Notes under the pieces: generated by a model
Told to the model about the DNA's origin: nothing
Databases searched by the model: none
What the model saw: only the letters and a program-made list of their open reading frames with translations
Source of the DNA: Sphyrna mokarran
Taxonomy: Eukaryota
DNA: 64,000 bases
Assembly (NCBI GenBank): GCA_024679065.1
Contig: JAGIQG010000040.1
Coordinates: 6,138,001 to 6,202,000, forward strand
Direction of reading: 5' to 3'
Shown here: one piece after another, positions 1 to 13,140 of the stretch
Numbering within the stretch: position 1 is the stretch's first letter
Layout of the letters: every line of letters starts with the position of its first letter
Made by a program: the position numbers and the translations under genes

Positions 1-371
1 ACCAAACCCACCACATTTCTCCATCTCTTTAGTTCTGAAGTGGAGTTACATCGTGAAACATTAACACTGTTTCTCTCTCCACAAATGATGACAAACCTGC
101 TGCTTTTTTTCCAATTCTTTCTGTATTTATTTTAGTGATGGGAAAAACACTATTTACTATCTTGGATAACATAAATGTCTTTCATCACTTCTGTGAATCA
201 GTGGAAATGTGCTCTCCCAGGCTCAAAGAGCATCAGCCCACTGGAAGCAAAATTTTGAAACTGGCCAGTCCAGCAGAAAGAAACCCTTCAACCTTCCTAC
301 TTCACCAATGAACATGGTGCAGTTCTGGATGTGATTAACAGTAACAATAACAGCAGAATACATCCTGGCCA

Positions 372-785
372 TCATTTGTGAACTTGCTGATGTGTTACCA
401 GGTGGGATGGCTGAGTGAATCCCTTCCCACACACAAATGGTCTCTTTCCAGTGTGAACCCACTGGTGTGCCTGCAGGCTGGATAACCTTCTAAACTTCTT
501 TGGGCAGTGAGAGCAGCTGAACGATCTCTCTTCAGTGTGAATGCCCCAATGGGACACTAGTTGCCAATATCTTTTGAAGCCGCTCCCACTGTCAGAACAT
601 TTAAGGGTTTCTCATTGCTGTGAGTGATAGTGTGTTTCAACAAGTGAAAGTAACTGAGTGAATCCCTTCCCATACACGGAGCAGGTGAATGGCCTCTCCC
701 CAGTGTGAATGCATTGGTGAATTTCCAGTTGACATGAGTGCCTAAATCCCTTCCCACGGTCCACACATTTCCACGGTTTCTCCAT
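372..785 (-). pseudogene. C2H2 zinc-finger pseudogene (paralog of the 10186-11280 gene)
   Basis: MEKPWKC start at 785; finger fragments split across ORFs 612..821, 557..766 and 372..557 by frameshifts and deletions (CVDRGK, FVCGKGF); ends QVHK-stop like the intact paralogs; 3' flank 1-370 resembles 9780-10185. Confidence 0.85.
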
Positions 786-1454
786 GCTGCGGGTGTCCTT
801 GTGACTCTTCAGGTCGAGCAATCAGTTAAATCTCACACACAACACGAGTACAGTCTGTCCCAGGTATGATTGCTGCAATGTATTTTCAGGCTGGTTCACT
901 GAATGTGTTTTTCCACATTCAGTGTACTGCAAAACTCTCACTTGGGTATCTGCATATCTCAGAGTTTTCACAGTCTCACTAATATTTAAAGCATTCTGAA
1001 GCAGACAGTACAGGGAAACATTTTTCCTGCTTGATTCAACAGTCAATGATAGTCAGGTCCCGATGAATCAAGCAATTCTGTCAGATCTAGATATGATGTT
1101 TACTTTAGATTTCTGTCTGTAAATTGTCACCTTCTGATATCCTGTAAAAGGAGTTTACAAAAGTTATCTGTGTCAGTACAGGATAGAAATTCAGAACAGA
1201 CAATTGTAGTTGCTATGAAACATTCTATCCTCTCTCATTCCCCAAAAGCTATAAATCTCCATCCCACACACTCTCCCTCCATTCTCACTCTGCTGTATCT
1301 AATATTCACCCTCCCAATTCTCTTGAAGGTGCTGATTGAGTCTGATTAATAGATCCATTCTCGCTTCTTGTCCTGGACACAGAGAGTTCAAAATCTTCAA
1401 GCTGACAACCATGTTAAAGTTTTACATTTGGACATAAATGAACAGACTAATTAC

Positions 1455-1785
1455 AGAATCTTGGAATGGGTACAGTGCAGAAAGAGATCATTTGGTCCAT
1501 TGAGTTTGCAATGACTCTGACAGAGAATACCATCCAGACACCATTCCTATTTACCTAGCCATTTCCTCTCACCTACATATCTTTGGAGCTAAGGGACAAT
1601 TTAGCATGTTCAATCAGTCTAAGCTGCACATCTTTGGAGTATGGAAGAGAATTGGAGCAATCGGAGGAAGTCCATGAAGACACAGGGAAAATCTGCAGAC
1701 TCCGCTCAGACAGTGACCCAAGCCGGAGAATCAAACTAATCTTCCTGGATCAGTGAAGCAGCTGTGCAAGCCACTGTGCCGCTGC
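1455..1785 (-). mobile_element. tRNA-derived SINE (shark HE1/V-SINE-like), degenerate
   Basis: reverse complement reads gcggcacagtgg...gtcactgtctgagcggagtctgca...ctccaaagatgtgcag..ctaaattgtccctt, the same family as other copies in the window. Confidence 0.7.
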
Positions 1786-1894
1786 AACGACGTGTATAAT
1801 ACATGGCAAGAGATATGTGAAAAATGTAAGGAGGATCCTGATTGAGGCAATGAGTGATGACCTGGAAGTTAAAAATTAAAGTCTAGAATGAGAG

Positions 1895-2500
1895 AAAAAA
1901 AAGTGTTTTACTTCCAAATGTTGGAAACAGAAGGAAGTTTGAGCCTGTCTAAAGCTCAGTCTTCATTCAGAGAGAACAGCAGCTTTGCTGAGCAGGAATG
2001 AGCAGCTGAACAAGCTCATTGTCCCATTTCCGCATTCAAACAATGAGGAGCGCTGATTGGCTGGCGGAACAGAATCTTTCCGGTCCTCCAGAGTTTCCAT
2101 TGGTCAATCTCCCCGCAACAGACAATGGGAGGTGGAGACCCGCGTAGGGATGGGCGGGGCTTGGCCCTCCAGCCGCGCTGAGCTGCTGTCCAATGGGAAA
2201 GGCTGGAAGACTCGGACAGACAATGGTCAGTGCGCCGGCTCTGTCCCGGGCCCGGCCCCACGTCTGCACATGCGCATTCACTGCAAAATTCGCACATGCG
2301 CATTCCCCAAATTCCACTAATATGCACTTCCGACTCACTGCCACTCACCATAGCTGGCCAATGGGAAGTGTTGGAACACCGGAAGGATTCTTGTCCTCCA
2401 GCCAATCAGAGAGCGGGTTTGGTGTGAATGAAGATTGAGCTTCAGACAGATAGAAACTTCCTGCTGTCTCCAACTTCTGTGAGTAAAACACTTCCTTTTC
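1895..2500. promoter_or_regulatory. bidirectional promoter / non-coding first-exon module 1 between divergent ZNF genes
   Basis: CpG-rich; CCAAT boxes on both strands, GC box at 2152, NRF1-like GCACATGCGCA at 2266 and 2292, ETS CCGGAAG; arms 1895-2110 and 2355-2500 are inverted repeats; splice donor GTGAGT at 2479. Confidence 0.7.
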
Positions 2501-2933
2501 TCCCCCTTCCCATTTCTTTTCCAATTCTGGGGAAATTGGGGATTGCAGCAACTGAAGGGAAAGGAAGTGAATCCAGGCAGACTCTAGAAGACTGCAGACT
2601 CTAGAAAGGTTGGCCCAGGTCTCTCTGTCTCATCTAGATCTGACAGAGTCATATTCCTTGGGACTGAATATCATCAGCCTTTGAATCGAGGAGAAATGGT
2701 TGTCCGGTCTGTCGATTTGAAAAGATTTCAAATATCAGTGTGACTGGAAAAGGATCAACATACCACCACACTCAGATGGAAGTGTTCCATTGACTAAAAA
2801 GCTTTATACGGTTACACAGCCTGAATAAAAATCACACCGTTAATAGCAGGGAGAAACTGTAGTCGTGTTGTGTGTGTGTTGATGAGGCTTCAACTGATTG
2901 TCCACTAGATAGAGAGGCAAGGACACCTCCCCC

Positions 2934-4112
2934 ATGGAGAAACCATGGAAATGTGGGGACTGTGGGAAGAGATACAGAGCCCCATCAGAGCTGGAGGTTC
3001 ACCGGCGCAGTCATACTGGAGAGAGGCCATTCACCTGTTCTCAATGTGGGAAGGGATTCAGTGAAATATCCCATCTGCGGACACACCAGCGAGTTCACAC
3101 TGGGGAAAGGCCGTTCACCTGCTCTCAGTGTGTGGAGGGATTCACACAATCATCTCACCTGCAGACACACCAGTGTGTTCACACTGGGGAGTGGCCATTC
3201 ACCTGCTCTCATTGCGGGAAAGGATTCAGTCAGTTATCCAGCCTGCAGATACACCAGCGAGTTCACACTGGGGAGAGACCGTTCATCTGCTCTCAGTGTG
3301 GGAAGGGATTCAGTCAGTTATCCAACTTGCAGACACACCAGCGGGTACACAGTGGGGAGAAGCCGTTCACCTGCTCTCAGTGTGGGAAGGGATTCAGTCA
3401 GTTATCCAACCTGCGGACACACCAGCGAGTTCACACTGGGGAGAGACCATTCATCTGCTCTCAGTGTGAGAAGGAATTCATTCATTTATCGAGCCTGCAA
3501 ACACACCAGCGACTTCACACTGGGGAGAGGCCATTCATGTGCTCTCATTGTGGGAAGGGATTCACTCATTCAACCAGCCTGCAGACACATCAGCGAGTTC
3601 ACACTGGGGAGAGGCCATTCATCTGCCCTCAGTGTGGGGAGGGATTCACTCAATCATCCAACCTGCGGAAGCACCAGCGAATTCATACTGGGGAGAAACC
3701 ATTCACCTGCTCTCAGTGTGGTAAGGGAGTCACTCAGTTATCGAGTCTGCAGACACACCTACGAGTTCACACTGGGGAGAAACCATTCACGTGCTCCCAG
3801 TGTGGGAAGGGATTCAGTGATTCATCCAGCATGCGGAGACACCAGCGAGTTCACACTGGGGAGAAGCCATTCATTTGCTCTGAGTGTGGAAAGGGATTCG
3901 CTCAGTTATCCAGTCTGCGGACACATGAGCGAATTCACACTGGGGAGAGGCCATTCATCTGCTCTCAGTGTGGGAAGGGATTCACTGACCTATCCAACCT
4001 ATGCACACACCAGCAAGTTCACAGTGGGGAGAGGCCGTTCACCTGCTCTCAGTGTGGTAAGGGATTCAGAGTTTCATCCCAGCTGTTGAGACACCAACAA
4101 GTTCACGAGTGA
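2934..4112 (+). CDS. C2H2 zinc-finger protein, 14 tandem fingers, no KRAB/SCAN/BTB domain
   Basis: 392 aa = 14 x 28; CxxC-x12-HxxxH with HTGERPF linkers; Kozak-like cccATGG. Confidence 0.92.
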   Translation: MEKPWKCGDCGKRYRAPSELEVHRRSHTGERPFTCSQCGKGFSEISHLRTHQRVHTGERPFTCSQCVEGFTQSSHLQTHQCVHTGEWPFTCSHCGKGFSQLSSLQIHQRVHTGERPFICSQCGKGFSQLSNLQTHQRVHSGEKPFTCSQCGKGFSQLSNLRTHQRVHTGERPFICSQCEKEFIHLSSLQTHQRLHTGERPFMCSHCGKGFTHSTSLQTHQRVHTGERPFICPQCGEGFTQSSNLRKHQRIHTGEKPFTCSQCGKGVTQLSSLQTHLRVHTGEKPFTCSQCGKGFSDSSSMRRHQRVHTGEKPFICSECGKGFAQLSSLRTHERIHTGERPFICSQCGKGFTDLSNLCTHQQVHSGERPFTCSQCGKGFRVSSQLLRHQQVHE

Positions 4113-4926
4113 TTCCAGTGATTGGATTCTGTTTATTGTTTTTGCTCTTAATTACATCCAGGACTGGATTTTGTTCATTCTCACAATTGGACAATGAGGA
4201 AGGTTGGAGGATTTCTTTCTGCTGGACTGGCTGGTCTCATGACATTGCATCCAGTGGGTTAATGTTCTTTGAGATTTGTCACAAATACCTGCTTTCAAAT
4301 TTTACACGGATCATCAGTGACAGGATGTTAGGAAGTTCAGAGAGAATTAGTAAGATTTGTGTTTGGAATCCCCAAATGCCCATCCAATTTCCTTTGAAAT
4401 TATTTATTGTCTCCACTTCCTCCACCTTCTTAGGCAGAGAGTTCCAGGTCATCACCATTCGCTGCATCAAATTATTCTTCCTCACATGCGCCCTCCCCCC
4501 TCCACCCCAGCATCTCTGACTCAAAATCTTAAATCTGTGTCCCCTGCATCTTTGTCCCATCAACGAATGGGAACACCTTTTCTTTGTCCACCATATCTAA
4601 ACCTGTCAGAATCTTGTCAGGAATGTGTAGCTGGAAATCCCTCCCTAATAACACTGGAGGTGGACTTATACATCAGGCATTGGAGCAGTTCAGGAAGGCA
4701 GTGTTGGGGTTGACCATGGCTGAGGCAGCTACACACAGCCACATGTTGAAGGACTGCAGATCAAGTGTGAGGCATTGTGTGATTGGACTATCTTGACCAC
4801 ATTCCTGTGACTGCTCAGTTTCTGCAATTATAGACCATTAAAGCTGCTTAGCAGATCCCCGACAGAGAACCTGGTGAGAATATTTACTCAGAATGAGTTA
4901 GAATTAAACTTACTCCATAAGTTTGA

Positions 4927-5232
4927 GCAGCATGGTAGCACAGTGGTTAGCAGTGTTGCCTCACAGTGCCAGGGCCCTGGGTTTGATTCCTGGCTTGTGT
5001 TACTCTCTGTGTGGAGTCTGCACATTCGCCCCGTGTCCCCGTTTCCTCTGGGTGCTCTGGTTTCCTCCCAAAGTCTAAAGATGCGCAGGTTAGGCTGATT
5101 GGCCACATTAAATTGCCCCTTAGTATCACGGGGACTAGCTAGGGTAAATGCATGGGAAATAGGGCCTGGGAGTGATTGTGGTCAGTGCAGACTTAATGGG
5201 CCAAATGCCCTCCCTCTGCACTCTAAGATTCA
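4927..5232 (+). mobile_element. tRNA-derived SINE (HE1/V-SINE-like)
   Basis: A box (tagcacagtgg), B box (ggtttgattcc), conserved core ctctggtttcctccca..aagatgcgcaggttagg, CR1-like tail. Confidence 0.8.
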
Positions 5233-6183
5233 ATGAAGCTATGAATAACCAGCTGGTGTTCAGCGGTTGAGATATCCGAAACTGTAAAAAAGGGGGTTTG
5301 ACCAATCAACAAACGATGGGAGGTAGTCGATTAAGAAGCTGATGTTGGGGAGAGGCTGTAGGAAGGGATTTATCTGTTTACCCAACCTATTGACGTACCT
5401 GAGAGTTCACATGTAATTACTGAGATTGGATTCTCCTGTTAATAACACCCAGGACTGAACTGTATTTTTGGGTCTGTTTCTGATGATAATGAATTCCATT
5501 TCAGGTAGAGATTAATATTCTGGATAAAGGACAAATAAATCAGCTTTGTGTTAAACATAGTGTGACAAGTCCTTTTACTGTCACCAACATAAGTTTGTTC
5601 CTTTTGAAATTCTCTCCCTCCGCCGTTTCCTCCAATAAGTGTGAGGAGCTCATGGAGCTTCTTTGTCACTAAGATTGAGACAATCTGATCAGCTGCCTCT
5701 GCTGATTCATTCCCTTCACTGGCCCATTGGGCCAAACTGTCTCTAAAATCTCCTTCTTTCCTGAGCCTTGAACTTGCCTCTTTCTTTAGTTTTTCTCCTA
5801 TCTCCTCTCATCCCCTGTTGAGCTCACCTTGTCCACAAGACTTACCCTCTGCTCCCTTCACTCTATTCTCACTAAGTTGCTGATCATCACTTTTCCCATA
5901 TGAGCTGATTGTTGTAATTGTTCCCTTGCCTTGGGTCCTGTGACTATCTGCAAAACTGCTCACCCCCTCCTCAAAGAACCAGCTCTTGATGCCACCATCC
6001 GTGCAAACTACTTCTGATTCCCAACTCCCCATTCCTCTCTAAAATCATTGAATGTCTTGGAAAATGGAGAATGCGGGGAAACACAGGAAAAATTTCAAAG
6101 TAAATTTTCTCCAAGTTTATAAAATGGAAAAGAGTAGCTGAAGTGAGCATTGATTCCTTAGCAGCTAAGACAAAGCTGGTTAA

Positions 6184-6450
6184 CACTGGTTAACACTGCT
6201 GCCTTACACTACCAGGAACCAGGGTTCAATTCCCGGTTTTAGTCATTGTCTGTATGGAGTTTGCACATCCCCCCAGTGTCTGCGTGGGTTTCTTCCGGGT
6301 GTTCCAGTTTCCTCCTACAGTCGAAAGACATGTTGATTAGGTGCATTGACCTAAGCTGGTGCCATAGAGTGGCAACTAGGGGAATTTCACAGTAACTTCA
6401 TGACTGTGTTAATGTTAGCCTTACTTGTAACTAATAAACTTTAAACTTTA
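6184..6450 (+). mobile_element. tRNA-derived SINE, subfamily with aataaa tail
   Basis: gggttcaattcccgg B box and core gtctgcgtgggtttcttccggg. Confidence 0.7.
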
Positions 6451-6519
6451 AGACTGAGCAATAAATGTTGGAATGGCCCAGAGTCTGAACAAATATTTGT
6501 TCCTGTTTCATTAAAAAAA

Positions 6520-6995
6520 CACAAAATACTATTGTGTTGGAAGCAGTTCAGAGAAGGTTCACTGGAAGGGGTTATTTTATGTGGAAAGATTGGGTCTGAT
6601 CTCAGAGTTTATAAGAATGAGAGACGATCTTATTCTGAGAGGGTTTGACAGGGTGGATGCTGAGAGAATGTTTCCCTTCTGGAAATCTCAAACTGGAAGC
6701 GCAGTTTAATAATAATTGGGGAGGAGGGGAAGAATTAAATGGGAGGAGAGGAGGAATTTCTTCTCACTCACTTTTGAAATTGTCTCTCCTTGGAGAGCAG
6801 TGGAAGCTGGGTCATTAAATATATTCAAAGCTGAACTCCACACAGCTTTGATCAAAAGGGAGGTGAAGGCAACGGGAGCAAGGCAGGAATGTGGAGTTCA
6901 GGCTGCAATCAGCCATAATCTGACCAGCCACAATCTCATTGATTGGCAGAGAAATCTCGGTGGGTGAAATGGCTGATTCCTGCTGCTATTTCTTA
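6520..6995 (+). mobile_element. CR1 LINE 3' fragment, degenerate
   Basis: ttggaagcagttcagagaaggttcact (LEAVQRRFT) followed by CR1 3' motifs (gaggaggaatttcttctc, agagcagtggaagctgggtc). Confidence 0.7.
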
Positions 6996-7599
6996 AACAT
7001 TCCTGAAAAGGAAGGAGCAGCAGGTTGTATCCAATAATTTCCCGTTTTAAAGATGTGCCGTCGTAAATAAAATACAAGATGTGGAATATCCATGAGAATT
7101 CAATCCTGACAATTACTTACAGAAAGGATTGAATCAGATATCTCATCTTCTGAGACACCAGTGAGCTCACATATCACTGGAGTCAATTCTACAGTGTTCA
7201 CTTGTGATGCTACTGTGCATTTAAGGAATGTATTTTAATCCTACTTCTGTGGTTTTTGTGTTGTTGCCATGATTGTGTTGTCTGATGGAAGCACAATTGA
7301 CCTTTTTATTTGTAATTTGGACCTAGTGAAATGTCCTGGAGTTTTCCGAGTTTACATCCCTTTTGAATTGTTGTGGGAAGATTGATTGACAGATGAAGGT
7401 CAGGTGGTTCCTTCACAGAGGAATCCAAGGATTCACTTTCAGTTTTAGTGAGAAGCGATTGGATTCCAGACTGGGAAGCAGTACTTCTGTGTCTCTCCCT
7501 GATATTAGAAATTCTGCTGACTAGGTGAAACCATCACATAATAATTACCAATCATTTTTCAGCCCCGGAAATTTAAACCCTCTGTTTCACCTTCATAAT

Positions 7600-8015
7600 A
7601 CGCAATAGTGCAAAGCCGCTGAGCAGAGACTGATAGCCAAGTTCCGCACACATGAGGACGGTCTTACCAGGGTTCTTGGGTTCGTGTCACACTATCTGTA
7701 ACCCCCATAACTTGCCTGGGTTAGCAAAAATCCTCACTTACTGTGCTGTCTGGAGACAATACACATCTCTTTAACCTGTGCTCAGTGCTCCGTCCACACA
7801 CATTGTCGACCACTTTAAGACTTGAATAGCAGGTTAGGTGTAAAGATTCACATTCTAATCAGTAATCTGCAAACACTGTGTGCTGTTATATGTGCTGCTT
7901 GAGACCAGAACACCACATTCACCTGACGAAGAGCAGAGCCTCGAAAGCTTGTGTGAGTTTACTATCAAATAAATCAGTTGGACTTAAACTTGGTGTTGTC
8001 AGAATTCTTACTGTG
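7600..8015 (+). mobile_element. Penelope-like element 3' fragment (GIY-YIG C-terminus plus pLTR with hammerhead-like core)
   Basis: translates AAEQRLIAKFRTHEDGLTRVLGFVSHYL-stop; cctgacgaag...cgaaagcttgtg at ~7922-7953. Confidence 0.7.
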
Positions 8016-8212
8016 TTACATAGAGCAGACAGGTCAGTTATATCTTCCCCAAGTTTACATTTCCTACCTTTTATTAATTATGAACCAGTTAGTTTCAATA
8101 CAAATGGATCACAATTAATACCTGTTATATACTTGAGCCAATTGCATTTACCCTTTGACCTCATGGGGTTTCACTGGTCTGTAAAATCCAGACCCTTTCT
8201 CCCTTTGTTAGA

Positions 8213-8510
8213 ATTGTAGAATCCCTACAGTGCAGAATAAGGACATTTGGCCCACTGAGTCTGAACTGACCACAATTCCACCCAGACCCTATTCCTGTAA
8301 CACCACGTACTTACCCTAGCTCGGCCCCCTGATAATAATGGCCAATTTAGCTTGGCCAACCCACCTACCCCGCACGTCCTTGGACTGGGGGGAAACTGGA
8401 CCACCCAGAGATGGGAGAATGTGCAAAATCCCACAGGCAGTGACCCGAGGCTGAAATTAAACCCGGGTCCCGGGCCCTGTGTGGCAGCAGTGTTAACCAC
8501 TGTGCCACCC
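8213..8510 (-). mobile_element. tRNA-derived SINE (HE1/V-SINE-like)
   Basis: gcagcagtgttaaccactgtgccacc head on the minus strand, same core as 4927-5232. Confidence 0.78.
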
Positions 8511-10185
8511 CCTCTGTTGCTCAGCAACTGCTGACCTTGGCCACAAAGTCCACATTAATGTTCCCACCAATCCTTGTATACGTCAATAGCCAGACCAGAC
8601 AGAGTACATTCACGTGTCTGAAAAGGCCAACCTTTTCTGGACAATATGAACAATTCAAATCATAAGGGACTCTGAGAAGGCCTGCTCAATCTGTACAATA
8701 TGTATTACTCTATCAGGAAGTGGCCAAGAAGACATTACTGCTAGTAACTGTTATTGTTAAGAACTTATACATTCTGTGGTTTCATTGTCCTAAAGATTGT
8801 GGTTTATCTCAATATGCCTCTTGTCCCATTAGGCTTTGAGGCAACCTGCCTTTGGCTAAAGTGTACAGATTTTTTTAACATACAGCTAAAATACATTTTT
8901 AAAGATCCAAAGTGCATGTTTAAGTCAGAAATACTTGACCAAATCTTATATTTAGTTAAATATCTTAGTGTGTTTATCTATGTCTTGTATAGACTGTCCC
9001 CCTGTTGTAAACCTATTCGTAGGTCATTTCACTTTTTAGAATTTTATTAGTAACTTAAATCCCTGGTTACTTGAAATATCTATAACCTATTAGGAATTTC
9101 CCCAATATAACCAAATGTATTAATTAAAGATTACTGTGATAATTAGCTACCAGTCAGTAATAGATGACTGAATAAGTGGTGAGTCTTAATTGAATTATAG
9201 TTGAAAGATCAATAATGAGTTAGTTCACAGAATCACAGATTACTACAGTGCAGAAGAGGTCCTTTGGCCCATTGAGTCTGCATGAAATGTCCTGACCAGC
9301 CCACCTAATCCCACTTGTCAGAACTTGGCCCATAGCCTTGAATGTTATGACTTGCCAAGTACTCATCCAGGTTCTTTATAAAGAATGTGAGGCATACTGA
9401 AAGACTGATTTTTATTTGCTGTAAGATGCAAAAGTTTAATTGCTGTATGTATGAAGAATGTGCAGCAATAATAAATGTACTGACGAGAGAGACCTTCAAA
9501 CTCTGGTTAGCCTCAACATTTGAAACTGTGTAAATAAAGGATTGTACAGAATCAGTTGAAAGGATAGTATGAAACAATTCTATTCCTGATAATAACAGAA
9601 AGTGGAGCAACTAATTGAAGATCCAATTAAAGTAATCTGGTGATAAAATTGCTTTGTTTCTTTACTGTAACCATTACCTCTCCCTTTGTCTTTTGTTCCA
9701 GGATATTTTTGACATTTAATCTCACCTGCCCTCAAACCAATCCCTGATTTTCCCTTTTGTTCTATCTGAGCCTCCCCACTTTCTCACCAGCATCAAACCC
9801 AGCACACTTCCCTGTCTCTTTAGTTCTGAAGCAGAGTTACATTGGACATGAAACATTAACTCTATTTCCCTCTCCACAGTTGTTGCCAGACCTGCTGTGC
9901 TTTCCCAGTTCTTTCGGTATTTATTTTAGATTTATCTGCAGTAGTGAAAAGCACTATTTTCTAACCAGGATAAAGTAATCGTCTTTCACCAGCTTTTGTG
10001 GATCATTTCAGTGGAAATGTGCCCTCCCAGGTTCAAAGAGCATCAGCCCACTGGAAGCAAAGTTCTGCCAGTCCAGCAGAAAGAAACCCTCCAATCCTCC
10101 CCACTTCACCAACTGTCTGAATGAACATGATTCTGTCCTGGATGTAATTAACAGCAACAATAACAGCACAATCCAACCCCTGTCA

Positions 10186-11280
10186 TCACTTGTGAACTTG
10201 CTCGTGTTTCAGCAGGCTGGATAACTGAGTGAATCCCTTTCCATACACAGAGCAGGTGAATAACCTCTCCCCAGTGTGAACTCTCTGGTGTCTCTGCAGT
10301 GCAGATGACCATTTAAACCTCTTTGTGCAGTGAGAGCAACTGAATGGTCTCTCCTCAGTGTGAACACGTTGGTGGGACATCAGATCTTGAGAGCTTTTGA
10401 AGTTACTCTTACAGTCAGAACATTCAAAGGGTCTCTCATTGCTATGAGTGACTTTATGATTCAATAGGTGGGATAACTGAGTGAATCCCTTCCCACACAC
10501 AGAGCAGCTGAACGGTCTCTCCCCAGTGTGAATTCGCTCGTGGTCCTTCAGGTCTGAAGCACGTTTGAATCCGTTCCCACAATCAGGACATTTGAAGGGT
10601 CTGTCCTGGGTGTGAGTGATTTTGTGTCTGAGCAGGTTCGATGACAGAGTGAATCCTTTCCCACACACAGAGCAGGTAAATGGCCTCTCCCCAGTGTGAA
10701 TTTGCTGGTGTGCCCATAGGCTGGATAACTGTGTGAATCCCTTCCCACATACGGTGCAGGTAAATGGTCTCTCCCCGGTGTGAACTCGCTGGTGTGTCTG
10801 CAGATGTGATGACCTTCTAAACCTCTTGGTGCAATGAGAGCAGCTGAATGGTCTCTCCTCAGTGTGAATGCGCTGGTGGAACACCAGTTCACCAGAGGTT
10901 TTGAAGCTGCTCCCACAGTCAGAGCATTTAAAGCGTCTCTCATTAGTGTGCGTAGTTTTGTGATTCAGTAGGTGGGATGACTGAATGAAACCCTTCCCAC
11001 ACAGGGTGCAGGTGAATGGCTTTTCTCCAGTGTGAACTCGCTGGTGTGCCCGCAGACTGGATGATTGAGTGAATCCCTTCCCACACTGAGAGCAGGTGAA
11101 TGGCCTCTCTCCAGTGTGAACTCGCTGGTGTCTTTGCAGAGTGGATAACCAAGTGAATCCCTCTCCACACTGAGAGCAGATGAACGGCCTCTCTCCAGTG
11201 TGACTGCGTCGATGAATTTCCAGCTGAGATGGAACTTTATATTTCTTCCCACAGTCCGCACATTTCCATGGTTTCTCCAT
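10186..11280 (-). CDS. C2H2 zinc-finger protein, 13 fingers (last finger has C->Y)
   Basis: 364 aa = 13 x 28; MEKPWKC start; acceptor tttcacag at 11620-11621; putative 5' UTR exon donor at 12643-12644. Confidence 0.92.
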   Translation of the reverse strand: MEKPWKCADCGKKYKVPSQLEIHRRSHTGERPFICSQCGEGFTWLSTLQRHQRVHTGERPFTCSQCGKGFTQSSSLRAHQRVHTGEKPFTCTLCGKGFIQSSHLLNHKTTHTNERRFKCSDCGSSFKTSGELVFHQRIHTEERPFSCSHCTKRFRRSSHLQTHQRVHTGERPFTCTVCGKGFTQLSSLWAHQQIHTGERPFTCSVCGKGFTLSSNLLRHKITHTQDRPFKCPDCGNGFKRASDLKDHERIHTGERPFSCSVCGKGFTQLSHLLNHKVTHSNERPFECSDCKSNFKSSQDLMSHQRVHTEERPFSCSHCTKRFKWSSALQRHQRVHTGERLFTCSVYGKGFTQLSSLLKHEQVHK

Positions 11281-12509
11281 GTTGCAGGTGTCCTTACCTC
11301 TCTCTTAGGTGGACAATCAGTGGAAGCCTCATCCACACACACAGAACACAAGTACAGTCTCCCCGCAGTGTATGGTGTGATTTTTATTCAGGCTGTGTAA
11401 CTGTTAAAGCTCTTCAGTCTGTGCACTGGAACACTCTCACTTGAATGTGCAATGTGTTGGAGCTTTTCCACTGATGTTTGAAATCTTTTCAAATCAACAG
11501 ACCAGACAATTCTTCTTCTCGATTCAAAGGCCAATGATACTCACATCCCAAGGAATATGACTCTGTCAGATCTAGGCATGACATTTGAGATTCCAGCCTG
11601 TGATTCCTTTTTCAATATCCTGTGAAAGAAATTTATGTAAGTCATCATTGTCAGTACAGGATAAAAATTCAGAACAGACAACTCTAGTTCCTATGGAATG
11701 TTCTTTCCTTTCATTGTGCAAAAGCTGTAAATCTCCATCTCACACACTCTCCCTCCATTCTCATTCTGCTGTATCTAATATTCACCCTCCCAATTCTCCT
11801 GAAGATGCTGATTGACAGATCTATGCTCATTGCCTCCTTCCTGAACACAATGAGCATAGAAATAGGAGCTGCAGTTGGCCATTCAGCTATCGAACTGCCT
11901 CACTCATTCATTAAGAATTGGCTGATCTACCTCAGTATTATTTCCCATACAGTCCCCCACGTCTTCAATATCTCAAAACTTATCCATCTCCAGCTTGAAA
12001 ATTCTTGATGGCTGAGATTCCACAGTCCTCTGGGGTGCAGAATTCCAAAATGTCACCACATCCTTGAGTGAGGAAATTCCTCCTCACCTTAACTTTATCT
12101 GCATTTTCTGACCTGTTCCCTATAACGTTGGACTCCTTTATCAATCAAAAATCAGTGTAACTGACCCTGGAATATATTAAATGGCCCTCAGCCTCCACTG
12201 ATTCCTGTGGGATAAATCTAAAACTAACAAGTCCCTGTTTGAACAGGTGACTAGAAATATATAACACAGCTAATTACAATTATATGTTATACAATTATAA
12301 TGAAATATATGTTACACAGCTAATTACAATTATAAATATACTTTATCATATCTCTGTCCCAATATTAATTTACTGTCCCATCAAATGTCAGCTATCTCTT
12401 CGGGAAACTAGCCCTTTAATTGTGAACATTAGAAAAGGGACCTTCTAGACAGACAAATCAACGTGTCAAGCTGAGGGAGCAAAGGATGTCAATGTCTTTA
12501 AGAGAAAGA

Positions 12510-13140
12510 GACCTGGGCCAATCTTTCCAGAGTCTGCAGCCTCCCTTTATTCATTTCCTCTCCCATCAGTTGCTGCGAGTCTCCAGTTTCTCCCAGAACG
12601 AGAAAAGCAATGGAAAGGGGGAGAAAAGAAAGTGTTTTACTCACAGATGTTGGGCAGGAGGAAGTTCTGAAGATCAATCTTCATTCACACATATCCCGCG
12701 CTCTGAGTGGCTGGAGGACCAGAGTCCTTCCGGACCTCCGAATCTTTCCATTGGTCAATTCCTCAGAAGGTCAAGGGTGGGCACGCCCCCGCACATGCGC
12801 AGCTTCCTTGTCCCTCGGACAAGCGCAGTCCCAGACCGGGGGGGGGAGGGGAAGATCACCAGGACTGATTCCTATTGGCTGATTCTCGCGTGGACGTTCC
12901 TAACGCTCAGTCTCCCATTGGAGCAAGAAGACAACATTGCGGATTGGTTGATTCAGGCAGGGCACCATTGTGATGTCACAATGGAGAAGTTGGCCAATGA
13001 GCTTCAGAGTGAAACGTCCTCCTCTGTGCAACATCTGGGAGGAAATCAATGTTTCCCCCTTTCCATTTCTTTCCTCATTCTGGGGGAAATTGGGGACTTG
13101 TAGCAACTGAAGGGAAAGGAAGTGAATCCAGGCTGTATAT
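12510..13140. promoter_or_regulatory. bidirectional promoter / first-exon module 2
   Basis: homologous to module 1; CCAAT boxes, GCACATGCGCA, minus-strand GTGAGT donor at 12639-12644. Confidence 0.65.

Noticed and set aside
2872-4089. 405-aa alternative-frame ORF over the ZNF gene (likewise 17118..17918 and similar)
   Set aside because: By-product of the repeated finger codon pattern ([21 protein letters not shown]); no independent coding evidence.
4927-5010. tRNA genes suggested by A and B boxes
   Set aside because: These are SINE heads continuing into the SINE core, with no full cloverleaf.
7251-7330. Possible D segment or 12-RSS (GGTTTTTGT, 11 nt, GATTGTG, then CACAATT 14 nt later)
   Set aside because: Spacer is 11, both heptamers are poor, there is no second nonamer and it lies inside the ZNF cluster; likely chance.
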